From: an uncultured Bacteroidales bacterium
Lineage (GTDB): Bacteria; Bacteroidota; Bacteroidia; Bacteroidales; UBA4181
Length of the DNA: 64,000 nt
Direction: 5' to 3'
Assembly: GCA_964349835.1 (NCBI GenBank)
Contig: CAYGID010000002.1
Location: 50,033 to 114,032, forward strand
The translations under genes were made by a program, and so were the position numbers. Positions 55,515-64,000 of the stretch are shown piece by piece. Within the stretch, counting starts at the first letter, position 1. Each line of letters begins with the position of its first letter. The notes below the pieces were generated by a model that was not told the DNA's origin, searched no databases, and saw only the letters and a program-made list of their open reading frames with translations.

Positions 55515-56513
55515 TTATTCGTTTCTTTCTTCGTCACTTTCTATGAGCTGCGAAAGGGTAAGTTCCTCCTGTTTTTCGAAGGGTTTTCGCCGATAGTCGC
55601 AACCCTCTACCGCACAGTGTTGGCAGTGCAATTCGCCGCAGGGGTCGGAGTGCACCGAAATGGTGACCCTGCCTCCGTTAACGGCGCTCAGGGTCTGATT
55701 CAGCCGTTCGCACGCCTCGTGGCTCCGGGCCACGGTATAGTACCAAGGGAGGGTGAGGTCGCAGTCGACATGCAGATGACTCCCATATTTAATCACTTTG
55801 GTGTTATGAATATCGATCCAATCGGGCTGTCGATTGTGGGAGATAGCCTCTGCCATGTTTCGGAGGATCTCGGTGTCTGCTTCGTCGATGAGATTGGCCA
55901 CTGTTTTTTTCAAGATCGAAAAGCCTGTGACCAGAATGAGGACGCCAAACAGGATGGCCAGTACACTGTCGATCCAACTCCATTTGGTGATATAGAGCAG
56001 GATAAGCCCTATCACCAGCCCAATGGTAGAGTAGGTGTCGGAATGGAGATGTTTACCACCCGCAACCAAGGCAATAGAGTTGTAACGCCTCCCGGTGCGG
56101 ATGCTGTACCATCCCATGAGCCAATTAGCCGCTCCCGCGAAGGCTATGATAGCGATTCCCATATCGAGTCCGGCAATTTCGGACGGTCGGAAGAATCTTC
56201 GGGCTCCCTCGGAAATCATTAGTAAGCCGGCGGTTGCGATTAACAATCCTTCGACCGAGGCAGAGATCAACTCTGCTTTTCCATGCCCGAAAGGATGCGA
56301 TTTATCTTTGGGCATGGCCGAAAAGCGGAGGCTGTAATAACTTATGCATCCCGCAACAACGTTTACTATACTCTCCATGGCATCGCTCAGAATGGCTACA
56401 GAGTGAGTCATGAAGAAGGCCAGAAACTTTCCTGCCATCAACACCACCGATCCTATCAGGATGTAACCCTGCACTCTCTGTTTAATGAGATCTTGATTCT
56501 CTGGCCGACTCAT
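55515..56513 (-). CDS. Cation diffusion facilitator (CzcD/FieF-type) transporter
   Basis: The track start is a TTG at 56531. I trimmed it to the ATG at 56513. Six TM segments (HSVAILSDAMES, HSDTYSTIGL) are followed by a cytoplasmic domain and a Cys/His-rich C-terminal region, HSDPCGELHCQHCAVEGCD. Confidence 0.85.
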   Translation of the reverse strand: MSRPENQDLIKQRVQGYILIGSVVLMAGKFLAFFMTHSVAILSDAMESIVNVVAGCISYYSLRFSAMPKDKSHPFGHGKAELISASVEGLLIATAGLLMISEGARRFFRPSEIAGLDMGIAIIAFAGAANWLMGWYSIRTGRRYNSIALVAGGKHLHSDTYSTIGLVIGLILLYITKWSWIDSVLAILFGVLILVTGFSILKKTVANLIDEADTEILRNMAEAISHNRQPDWIDIHNTKVIKYGSHLHVDCDLTLPWYYTVARSHEACERLNQTLSAVNGGRVTISVHSDPCGELHCQHCAVEGCDYRRKPFEKQEELTLSQLIESDEERNE

Positions 56514-56521
56514 ACATCCAC

Positions 56522-56580
56522 CATTAGACAATTAGACAATTATTTTTTCATTAGAGCTCTAGAGCACTAGAGCATCAGAG
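56522..56580. repeat. Compound octamer array: (C/A)ATTAGAC x2, then CATTAGAG, CTCTAGAG, CACTAGAG, CATCAGAG
   Basis: Lies immediately upstream of the CDF transporter start (ATG at 56513). Contains the 10-bp palindrome TAGAGCTCTA. Confidence 0.75.
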
Positions 56581-56654
56581 TTTGGTGCGATGAGAAAACC
56601 CCACCGGATGCACTCCTCGGAATATTCCGACGGCATACCGGCAGGGTTAAAGCA

Positions 56655-56698
56655 ACCGAACCGGGGGTTTGCATGCAAAGCGTGCACCCCGGTTCGGT
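56655..56698 (-). terminator. Long-loop hairpin just downstream of the Tat-signal isomerase gene (weak terminator candidate)
   Basis: 12-bp stem ACCGAACCGGGG / CCCCGGTTCGGT. It encloses a 20-nt loop that itself contains the 12-bp palindrome TTTGCATGCAAA. Confidence 0.35.
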
Positions 56699-56708
56699 AA
56701 TGGTATTG

Positions 56709-57578
56709 TTATTTTACGTAGGGGGCTGCGTTAAGGAAATCGTAGCTCACCTTCACACTTTCCAAGGGGGGCAAATCGTAACGCTCAACCTCAACATACC
56801 AATCTTTCATGCCTTGAGCGTAAGCTGCTTCGAAAATGGGTGCGAAGTCAATTTCGCCACTCTTGCCAATCTCTTTCTCATCCTTGATATGGAGAACAGG
56901 GAAACGACCGGCATAGTTTTTTAGATAGTCAACAGGGTTGTAACCCCCTTTGGTTACCCAATAGACGTCCATTTCGAAGAAGACATGGTCTTTACTGGTG
57001 TTCTTGAGCATGAAATCGTAAATAATTTCCTCGCCGATTTTCTTGAACTCAAAGTTATGGTTGTGGTAGCCGAATTTGATGTTTGACCCTGCTGCGTTTA
57101 GACCAATGGTGTAGAAATAGTCGCAGTACATCTTGATGTCGTCGAGCGTGGTTTGGTCGTTAACAGGCATAAAGGGTTGTACCATGTATTTGCAGCCTGC
57201 TTCGGCATGCGCTTCGATGGCTTTGCTCCACCACTCCATGATTTCGCCCTCTTTCTCTTTGTTGTAGGCCTGCCCGAGGTGGGCGCTGGTCATCTTCATG
57301 CCCAAATCTTCGCAGGCTTTTTTGAACTCTGCGGGAGCCATCCCATAAATTTTTCCGTTGCCGTAAGCAGCGGTTTCAATGTTTACGTAACCCATTTTAG
57401 AAACGGCCTCAAGTACAGGCAGAATTCCCTTTTCGTTGATGTCATCGCGGAGGGAGTAGAGTTGAAGCCCAATTGGCTTTATTACAGGAGTTGCACAGGA
57501 GGAGAGCAGGTTGCTTCCCAGAAAGCCTCCGGCAAGGAGCATGGATGATGATTTCAGAAAATCGCGTCTGTTTGCCAT
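56709..57578 (-). CDS. Xylose-isomerase-like TIM-barrel (sugar phosphate isomerase/epimerase) protein with a Tat signal
   Basis: Trimmed to the ATG at 57578 (MANRRDFLKSSSMLLAGG, a twin-arginine signal). 289 aa. Confidence 0.8.
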   Translation of the reverse strand: MANRRDFLKSSSMLLAGGFLGSNLLSSCATPVIKPIGLQLYSLRDDINEKGILPVLEAVSKMGYVNIETAAYGNGKIYGMAPAEFKKACEDLGMKMTSAHLGQAYNKEKEGEIMEWWSKAIEAHAEAGCKYMVQPFMPVNDQTTLDDIKMYCDYFYTIGLNAAGSNIKFGYHNHNFEFKKIGEEIIYDFMLKNTSKDHVFFEMDVYWVTKGGYNPVDYLKNYAGRFPVLHIKDEKEIGKSGEIDFAPIFEAAYAQGMKDWYVEVERYDLPPLESVKVSYDFLNAAPYVK

Positions 57579-57644
57579 ATCGGTTAATATTATGGTTTTT
57601 GTGTATGATAATTTCCGTTTTCCGGAAAACTTTGCAGAATAGAA

Positions 57645-57652
57645 CAAATCTA
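57645..57652 (-). promoter_or_regulatory. Candidate -7 box (TAGATTTG) upstream of the Tat-signal isomerase gene
   Basis: Matches TAnnTTTG on the minus strand, 67 nt upstream of the ATG at 57578. Confidence 0.3.
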
Positions 57653-57773
57653 ATGGTTTTTTTTAAAAAGGAGTCCACTATAAGACCAACTTTTTCTGTT
57701 GGGTGCGATTCTTTATCTGCCCCGCAGACTTTTGTGCCCATTTGCAGTACATTTACGGTAAAATGCAGATGCG

Positions 57774-58721
57774 ATGAGTGTACGGAATATTTACGCACTG
57801 GGAGAAACAGTATACGACTTGATTTTTGAAAATGGAAAGATCTCCTCGGGCGTTCCCGGTGGAGCCACGCTGAACAGTTCGGTTTCATTGGGGCGCCTGC
57901 ACCAGAATATCTTTTTTGTGGGAGAGTATGGCTGCGACCTGTTGGGGGGAGCCGTCGACAGCTTTCTGCAACAGAACGGGGTGAATACCCGCTTTGTGTA
58001 CAGGCATACCGATGGTGCCACATCTGTTGCCATTGCATTTCTCGACGAAAAGAGAAATGCTTCGTACAATTTTTACAAAAAGCCCCCGCTTTTAAGGATG
58101 CAGGGTGCACAGCCCTCTTTTTCGGCGGGCGACATTGTGCTGTTCGGCTCCTTTTTTTCGATAGCTCCCGAGCTGCGATCCTTTGTTGTGCCCTTTGTTG
58201 AAGCGGCACGTGATGCCGGGGCCGTCGTTGTGTACGATCCCAATTTCAGACTGGCCCACAAAGAAGAATTGGAGTCGATTCGCCCACTCCTGTTGGAGAA
58301 TTTTTCGATGGCCGATGTCGTCAGGGGGTCGGACGAAGATTTCTTCCATATTTTCGGTGCCCGATCGGCCGATGAGGCTGCAAAAAGTCTGGCGCCCTAT
58401 TGCCGAAATATGGTTTATACAGCCAGCTCGGAGGGCATTGAGGTGCGGACTCCCTCTTTTTCGGGACGTTTCAATGCCAAACGGATTGTTCCGGTAAGTA
58501 CTGTGGGTGCCGGTGATACCTTCAATGCCGGGCTAATCTACGCACTTGTGCAGCTGGATATCTGTCGCCCACAGATAGGTTCTCTTCTGTTGGAGCAGTG
58601 GGAAATCCTTGTGGCTGTTGCCACAGAGATGGCCTCGGCAGTATGTATGAGCTACGAAAATTCTATTCCCTCCGGTTTCCAACTCTCTTTCAATATATCT
58701 GAGGCATCGGGTCCTGTTTGA
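57774..58721 (+). CDS. PfkB-family carbohydrate kinase (fructokinase-like)
   Basis: 315 aa with the C-terminal motif VSTVGAGDTFNAG. Confidence 0.8.
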   Translation: MSVRNIYALGETVYDLIFENGKISSGVPGGATLNSSVSLGRLHQNIFFVGEYGCDLLGGAVDSFLQQNGVNTRFVYRHTDGATSVAIAFLDEKRNASYNFYKKPPLLRMQGAQPSFSAGDIVLFGSFFSIAPELRSFVVPFVEAARDAGAVVVYDPNFRLAHKEELESIRPLLLENFSMADVVRGSDEDFFHIFGARSADEAAKSLAPYCRNMVYTASSEGIEVRTPSFSGRFNAKRIVPVSTVGAGDTFNAGLIYALVQLDICRPQIGSLLLEQWEILVAVATEMASAVCMSYENSIPSGFQLSFNISEASGPV

Positions 58722-59302
58722 AACAGGAGATCGAGAATCGAGAGATTCTCCAAAAATCCGTATTTCTCCGCAAAGTTCTGACTGTAAAGTGGAGGAGAGA
58801 AGTCGGGGTCGGACCATTTTTCGCCCGGGGCAATAGACTCCCTGAAGTCGAGCGGATTACTCCCACTTCCCACATATTCGCAGGTCAGGCTTAACTCGTT
58901 ATTAATTTTTAGGATAGAGCAGAGCGCGTGCGATATCTCCAGGTCGAGATCGAATAAGAATGTGGGTCGTTTGCGAAAAAGGGGGAGGAGTTCGTCGATA
59001 TAAAAGTCGAAAAATGGTGATTTCCGGTAGGCCGATTCCAACGCTCGCAGATGGTTTTTTTGCCAAGGAGAACTGTAGTCGATGCGCACCTCCCGGATGG
59101 GAATTTTACTCCGCTCTTCGCGCACTACCGGAACCGTGAGGTTTAACCTGCCGTTGGCCGACGCAATGATACATCGGTTTCGGAAGGTCTGCTTGAGGTA
59201 ATTTTCGTGAGCCTCCAAACAGACAGGATGATCGGAGACCCATTTTGCGTAATATTGAATGGGTCCGAAGTAGGTGATGGAGACAAGAATCGGTGGTTTC
59301 AT
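58652..59302 (-). CDS. WbqC-family protein
   Basis: 216 aa. Contains SITYFGPIQYYAK...HENYLKQTFRNRC, typical of WbqC-like proteins. The 3' end overlaps the convergent PfkB gene by 70 nt. Confidence 0.75.
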   Translation of the reverse strand: MKPPILVSITYFGPIQYYAKWVSDHPVCLEAHENYLKQTFRNRCIIASANGRLNLTVPVVREERSKIPIREVRIDYSSPWQKNHLRALESAYRKSPFFDFYIDELLPLFRKRPTFLFDLDLEISHALCSILKINNELSLTCEYVGSGSNPLDFRESIAPGEKWSDPDFSPPLYSQNFAEKYGFLENLSILDLLFQTGPDASDILKESWKPEGIEFS

Positions 59303-59327
59303 CCGTGCTATTTCGGAGTTTAGAGCA

Positions 59328-59335
59328 CAAAAATA
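59328..59335 (-). promoter_or_regulatory. Candidate -7 box (TATTTTTG) upstream of the WbqC-family gene
   Basis: Matches TAnnTTTG on the minus strand, 26 nt upstream of the ATG at 59302. Confidence 0.3.
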
Positions 59336-59400
59336 GCTAGGAAATCGGATGGGAGAAGGTTCGGAAGCGTTATATTCGTGAAAAATTGTTTCGACGCTCT

Positions 59401-60285
59401 ATGGTGCCCCCGGATTTGTTACCCCCTTTTACCGAATCGGTTGCCGGCAGGCCTGCTTCGCGTCTGTTCCGCCTGGGCAACCGGCTGGTTACGATGCGTT
59501 TCCCAACCGTAATGGGTATCCTGAATGTTACGCCCGATTCGTTTTACGAGCCGAGCCGAGTCGTTCACGAGGAGGCAATTATTTCGCGTTGTGCCCGGAT
59601 GCTCGAGGAGGGGGCAACCTGGATTGATGTGGGCGGCTTCTCTTCGCGCCCAGGCTCGGAACTGCCATCGCCCGATGAGGAACTGTCGCGTTTGTGTCGG
59701 GCGCTCGATCTCATCAGGAGTCGCTTTAACGATGCCCTGATTTCGGTTGATACAGCACGTGCTGTTGTGGCCTCGCGCGTGGTAAAAGATTACGATGTGG
59801 GAATGATTAACGACATTTCGGGAGGAACTCTAGACGATACCCTCTTTGAAACACTGCCTTCGCTGCATGTTCCCTATGTTCTTTCGCATATTCGGGGAAC
59901 TCCCCTTGCCATGCAGGAGGAGCCTGTTTACGAAGACCTTATGCGTGAGATGGCCCTCTATTTTTCCGAAAAGATTAATCGACTGCATCATCTCGGTGTG
60001 GCCGACATTATTATTGATCCGGGTTTTGGCTTTGGAAAAACCTGGGAGCACAACCGCCAATTGATGTGCGAGCTTGCCTCTCTAACACAGCACGGGCTTC
60101 CTCTGATGGTTGGAGTTTCTAGAAAGTCAATGATCTACAAGACGTTAGGCGTAGTTCCCGAACAGGCGTTAAACGGCACAACGGTTGCCCATGTTTTTGC
60201 CCTTCTGCGGGGTGCCGATTTTTTGCGGGTGCACGATGTGAAGCAGGCCGTAGAGTGTATAAGGCTTACGGAAGCTTTTCGCTGA
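59401..60285 (+). CDS. folP: Dihydropteroate synthase
   Basis: The track start is a TTG at 59386, and the first ATG is at 59401. Contains MGILNVTPDSFY, INDISGG and GVSRKS. Confidence 0.9.
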   Translation: MVPPDLLPPFTESVAGRPASRLFRLGNRLVTMRFPTVMGILNVTPDSFYEPSRVVHEEAIISRCARMLEEGATWIDVGGFSSRPGSELPSPDEELSRLCRALDLIRSRFNDALISVDTARAVVASRVVKDYDVGMINDISGGTLDDTLFETLPSLHVPYVLSHIRGTPLAMQEEPVYEDLMREMALYFSEKINRLHHLGVADIIIDPGFGFGKTWEHNRQLMCELASLTQHGLPLMVGVSRKSMIYKTLGVVPEQALNGTTVAHVFALLRGADFLRVHDVKQAVECIRLTEAFR

Positions 60286-63253
60286 CAGGCTTTAATAGTA
60301 CGCCGCGGTTGGTTTTCCCGTTAATGAGCAGGGTCATGGGCGAGGCGAAGCGGATATGACTTACATTTTCGTCGTGGAACAGGGTCGGTGCCTGGGTGAG
60401 ATACTCCAAGTCGAGAAACTCTTCGCGGGTGGCTTGGTTAATTGTGAAGTAGCCTACCTTGAAAGAGTTGAGATGCTGAAAAAAGTGAGAACCCTGGCTG
60501 GGATCCATGTGGTAGCCCGGGAATCCGGTTTCGATTACCAATCGTGCTTCCGAAATCTGCGCCCATTTTACGGGAATTCCCATCGAAAAATCGGATGTGC
60601 CCCATCGGCCGGGTCCTATTAAGACATAGTTTCGCTTCTCCTTCATTAAACGGCCGTTGAGCATGGCAATGGTTTCGACAATCCTGAATACATCGATCGA
60701 TCGCAACTCTTTGTTTCTTACCCATATGCAATCGGAGATCGTATCAATGCGTCCATTCCCCAGCGAAGCAGTCGAAGCGGCTAGCATCCGGTTCACAGGG
60801 ATTTGGTTGAAGGATACGTTGATGGCATGTTCTTCCTGAGGGATAGGCCGTATTTGCAGCAGGTGGAAGATACGGGGGTTACCAGGTGGCACATTCAGCT
60901 GTGCCGCGAACTCAATCTCTACATCGCTTCCCATCTCTCTTTTGCCCATCTCCAGCAACACCTTTACGATTTCGGGAAGAGGAAAGGTTCCGTGAAGCAG
61001 GAGGTTATTAAAGGTAATTACCCTCTTGCCCGCGAAAAGTACGCCATCAGTCAGCGTTTGTGTTTCAAAATTGTATGTCGATGCCACCCATTTCAGGCTG
61101 CCGTCGGTTTCAGCATCCGAAATGGCCAGCCTTGTAAGGTTTTGGTCGTCGCGCACCGAGGGCTTAAATGGCTTGCTCTGGTCGAGTGCGTAAAAGTATT
61201 TTTGTGTTTCGCGCAGTGCCGTTTGCGGGTTTGATAGCTGGAGCAGATGTTTGGGATAGCGGGGCGAAAAACGCAAACCCGTGCCCCCCTCCACAATGTA
61301 CTTTCCCAGCCCAAACCCAACAAAAGCCACACCCTCACCCGATTTCTCCTTACCCGCCGGATAGTGGTTGATGGAGCGGGCCACTCCCGAGCAGGCAGGG
61401 TAAAACCGGCTGCCGTAAGAGCTGCCGCAGACCTGTTGCAGGATGATGGCCATCTTCTCCTCCTCGGGCGAGTTTGAGGAGGCCTGCATGTAGGCTTTGC
61501 TACCCGAAAAGTAGACGGAGGCGTAGATTCCTTTTATGGCCTGGGCCACGTTCTGAGTAAACGCCTGGCTGTTGGCTGAGAAGGGAACCATGTAGGTTGT
61601 GTAGATCCCCGCAAAAGGTTGGAAATGGGAGTCTTCTAACAGACTCGACGACCTGACGGCAATGGGTGTCCGAAAACCCTCGATGAGTACCTTTAAATCC
61701 TGAAGCAGCGATTCGGGGAGTGAGGCTTTCAGAAACCGCTGCAAAATCTCCTCATCGCTCAGGGTTCCGTACAGAACGGTTTCTAAAAGATGGTTTTCCT
61801 GCAGAAACCGGTCGAAATAGTCGGTGCTGATAACCACCGTGTCGGGAATCTGCACACGTACTCCCGGCCACCTCTCTTCGAGCCGGTGCTGTTTGAGTAC
61901 GGTGTCGGCAAAAGCGAGCCCTCTGGCTTTTCCTCCGATTGAGCCCTCACCGATGCGGGAGAAACGGAGATAGCGGTTGAACCGCTCACGTTGGAATTGT
62001 GCCACAATGCCTCTCCCTTTTTGAGCTCTGTAGTTAGAGATGCCCTGAATCAGAAAGTTTCGGATTTCATCGGTCGAGGTAAAATCGTGGGTTGATTTTT
62101 GGCCGAAAAGTTTTCCTAATGGGAAAATACCCCTGGCGTTGAGCCATTTGGAGATGTCGTTCCGGGTTACATGGTAAAGGAGTACATGGTCGGGAATGGC
62201 CAGAAGCACCTTTTGCATGGCATCGAGATCGTCGGCCCTGGCCACGGTGCGAAGCGTATGGGGGTCTTTGAATTGAAAGGGGCCAAAGGCAAAGTTCTGC
62301 AGTACGAAATGGCCAATCTCCTGCTGGATTCCGGGCGAATTTTTGTAGGCAAATCCGGCGTTCAGTGAGAGCGCCGTCTCTTCGTACTGGCGATCGGACG
62401 ATTGCAGCAGCACCGGCATGTCGGGAAACTCTCTCCTGACGGTACGGCACAACACAAAACCCGCCTCCCCTTTCACCTGGCTCGAGAGATGATCCTTGAA
62501 GCGAACATCCGAAATGACCCCCAATAAATTGTGTTTGTACTTGTGGTAGAGTTCGAGTGCTGTTTCCAGGTGGTTTGCAAGAAGAACCTTGGGGCGACCT
62601 CTCATTCGCATCACCTTTTGGTGCGCATTGAGTCCCTCTTTAAAAAGTTCGCCGGTTTGCGTGAAGATAATTTTATAGAGTAAAGGGAGGTAGACCGAAG
62701 CATAGCGCACAGAATCTTCGGTCAGAAGAATGGCCTGAACTCCGTACGAGCTGTCGCTTTCGATGTTCAGCCGATCTTCCATAAGCTTAATGATAGCCAG
62801 AAGCAGGTCGGCATTTCCCATCCACGAAAAGACATAGTCGATGGCCGAAAGATCTTCGTTTTGCAATCGAAGAGAGACCTCGCGTGAGAAGTGGGTGAGT
62901 ACCACGATGGGAATATGGGGAAACTCTTTTTTTATCTCCTGTGCCAGTTCGAAGGAGTTTGAGTCGCGGATACTCAGCATCTCAATAATCAGGTCGATGG
63001 GCTCGTTTCGTAACACCCTGAGTGCCTCACCGGCCGTGTCGGCATGGGTAAATTCGGGGATGACCCGCAGGTTTAACGACACATATTCATTGAAAATCTG
63101 TTCTTCGATACGCCCGTCTTCCTCTAGCATAAACGCATCGTAACTGCTGCATACCAGCAGTACCTTCCTGATTCGGCGGGGCATCAGGTGGTCGAAAATC
63201 GCGTCCTCCGAAAGGGAGTTGCGACAGACTTTCGGAAGGATCTCCGATTGCAT
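60266..63253 (-). CDS. Large PEP/pyruvate-binding (PPDK_N-type ATP-grasp) domain protein with receiver-like N-terminal modules
   Basis: 995 aa. The N-terminal ~400 aa has CheY-like alpha/beta patterning (KVLLVCSSYDAF...DLIIEML..., PKVLLANHLETA...GVISDV). The central region, GEGSIGGKARGLAF...AVRSSSLLED, matches the nucleotide-binding domain of PEP synthase/PPDK. I recognised no phosphohistidine swivel and no PEP-utilising TIM barrel. Confidence 0.75.
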   Translation of the reverse strand: MQSEILPKVCRNSLSEDAIFDHLMPRRIRKVLLVCSSYDAFMLEEDGRIEEQIFNEYVSLNLRVIPEFTHADTAGEALRVLRNEPIDLIIEMLSIRDSNSFELAQEIKKEFPHIPIVVLTHFSREVSLRLQNEDLSAIDYVFSWMGNADLLLAIIKLMEDRLNIESDSSYGVQAILLTEDSVRYASVYLPLLYKIIFTQTGELFKEGLNAHQKVMRMRGRPKVLLANHLETALELYHKYKHNLLGVISDVRFKDHLSSQVKGEAGFVLCRTVRREFPDMPVLLQSSDRQYEETALSLNAGFAYKNSPGIQQEIGHFVLQNFAFGPFQFKDPHTLRTVARADDLDAMQKVLLAIPDHVLLYHVTRNDISKWLNARGIFPLGKLFGQKSTHDFTSTDEIRNFLIQGISNYRAQKGRGIVAQFQRERFNRYLRFSRIGEGSIGGKARGLAFADTVLKQHRLEERWPGVRVQIPDTVVISTDYFDRFLQENHLLETVLYGTLSDEEILQRFLKASLPESLLQDLKVLIEGFRTPIAVRSSSLLEDSHFQPFAGIYTTYMVPFSANSQAFTQNVAQAIKGIYASVYFSGSKAYMQASSNSPEEEKMAIILQQVCGSSYGSRFYPACSGVARSINHYPAGKEKSGEGVAFVGFGLGKYIVEGGTGLRFSPRYPKHLLQLSNPQTALRETQKYFYALDQSKPFKPSVRDDQNLTRLAISDAETDGSLKWVASTYNFETQTLTDGVLFAGKRVITFNNLLLHGTFPLPEIVKVLLEMGKREMGSDVEIEFAAQLNVPPGNPRIFHLLQIRPIPQEEHAINVSFNQIPVNRMLAASTASLGNGRIDTISDCIWVRNKELRSIDVFRIVETIAMLNGRLMKEKRNYVLIGPGRWGTSDFSMGIPVKWAQISEARLVIETGFPGYHMDPSQGSHFFQHLNSFKVGYFTINQATREEFLDLEYLTQAPTLFHDENVSHIRFASPMTLLINGKTNRGVLLKPVSEKLP

Positions 63254-63254
63254 G

Positions 63255-63908
63255 CTATAACGCCTTGAGTTCGGAAATGGTGGTTAAAGGATTGGGCGAA
63301 CGGAAGATATAGCTGCCTACAACAAACACGTTGACGCCGGCCTCCTTTAATCGGGGCAGGTTGGCGGCACTGATGCCTCCGTCGACCTCAATGTGCAGGT
63401 CGGGTTTCAGGAGAGAGGCCATCTGTTTTAGTTTAGTGGCCTTTTCAACCACCTTTTCAATAAAGGGCTGGCCCCCAAATCCGGGATTAACCGACATTAG
63501 CAACACCAAATCGAGATCGGGTAGGATCTCCTCCAATAGTCCCACAGGGGTAGCAGGGTTGAGGCAGACTCCTGCTTTGGCTCCCGATTCGCGGATCATT
63601 TGTATGGTACGGTGCAGATGGCGGCAAGCCTCCTGATGCACGGTGATGAGGTCGGCACCGGCATTACGGAATGCGTCGATATAACGCTCCGGCTCAACCA
63701 TCATTAAATGTACATCGAAAGGTTTGTTTGTCAGTTTTCGCATGGCGCGCAGCACCGGCAAACCGAAAGAGAGATTGGGCACAAATGAGCCGTCCATGAT
63801 GTCGCAGTGAATCCAGTCGGCTTCGGATTGATGAAGCATCTCTATTGCTTTGCCCAGATGCGAGAAATCGGCATCAAGCACCGATACGGCAAGAAGGTGG
63901 TTGGCCAT
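63255..63908 (-). CDS. rpe: Ribulose-phosphate 3-epimerase
   Basis: Trimmed to the ATG at 63908. Contains VSVLDADFSHLG, HCDIMDGSFVPN, VHLMV-like and VNPGFGGQ. Confidence 0.95.
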   Translation of the reverse strand: MANHLLAVSVLDADFSHLGKAIEMLHQSEADWIHCDIMDGSFVPNLSFGLPVLRAMRKLTNKPFDVHLMMVEPERYIDAFRNAGADLITVHQEACRHLHRTIQMIRESGAKAGVCLNPATPVGLLEEILPDLDLVLLMSVNPGFGGQPFIEKVVEKATKLKQMASLLKPDLHIEVDGGISAANLPRLKEAGVNVFVVGSYIFRSPNPLTTISELKAL

Positions 63909-64000
63909 GGCGGATGATTTTCGGCGAAGGTAACGATAAACTTTCAAAAACTACCTCACATCACCTCTCACCGCCGGGTTTGCCCCGATTAGAGGTAGCT

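Noticed and set aside
55497-56222. 241-aa plus-strand ORF opposite the CDF transporter, and the 255-aa minus-strand ORF at 57442-58209 spanning the isomerase/PfkB intergenic region.
   Set aside because: Both are antisense or out of frame relative to motif-supported genes. Their composition is biased (R/P/G-rich) and neither has a plausible start context.
63948-64000. Possible end of another gene or a hairpin (CTACCTC...GAGGTAG) at the right edge of the window.
   Set aside because: There is too little sequence to support any call.

Overview
This 64-kb segment reads as core, mostly housekeeping chromosome of a Bacteroidota-type bacterium. Recognisable genes include dnaA, pyrBI, gap, glyA, tpiA, guaA, proS, a RelA-like RSH, dapA/dapB, kdsA, folP, rpe, lepB, an LptD-like protein, MlaD, an amidase-SPOR protein, MltG and cdaA. 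Fifteen upstream regions carry a correctly oriented TAnnTTTG -7 box, and Shine-Dalgarno sequences are nearly absent. I call 54 protein-coding genes. One of them, a GH3/beta-lactamase fusion at 1-2283, is missing from the ORF track because it runs off the window. Several track ORFs were trimmed to internal starts. I also call about 10 hairpin terminators and 15 motif-only promoter candidates. I saw no rRNA, tRNA, CRISPR array, transposase/integrase or recognisable defence or toxin system, and I could not identify a convincing new multi-gene system. The most unusual signals are non-coding. (1) A 14-bp perfect palindrome, CATGGAGCTCCATG, is followed by a conserved AT-rich spacer ending in CCAG(C/T)ATGAA. 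It sits directly in front of the start codons of pyrI, glyA and a beta-barrel OMP gene. At the OMP gene it lies inside a ~100-bp tandem duplication that creates two paralogous 26-codon mini-ORFs. (2) A family of phased octamer arrays (CATTAGAG / TACATTGC type) occurs at four intergenic sites, and two of them supply a gene's stop codon. Protein-level oddities are a 995-aa PEP/pyruvate-binding ATP-grasp protein with receiver-like N-terminal modules, an aromatic/Gly-rich plus Ser/Thr-rich lipoprotein, a GTP-type PEPCK ending in CCCCG, and a SlyD with a 7-Cys tail. All functional calls rest on motif recognition by eye; no database search was possible.
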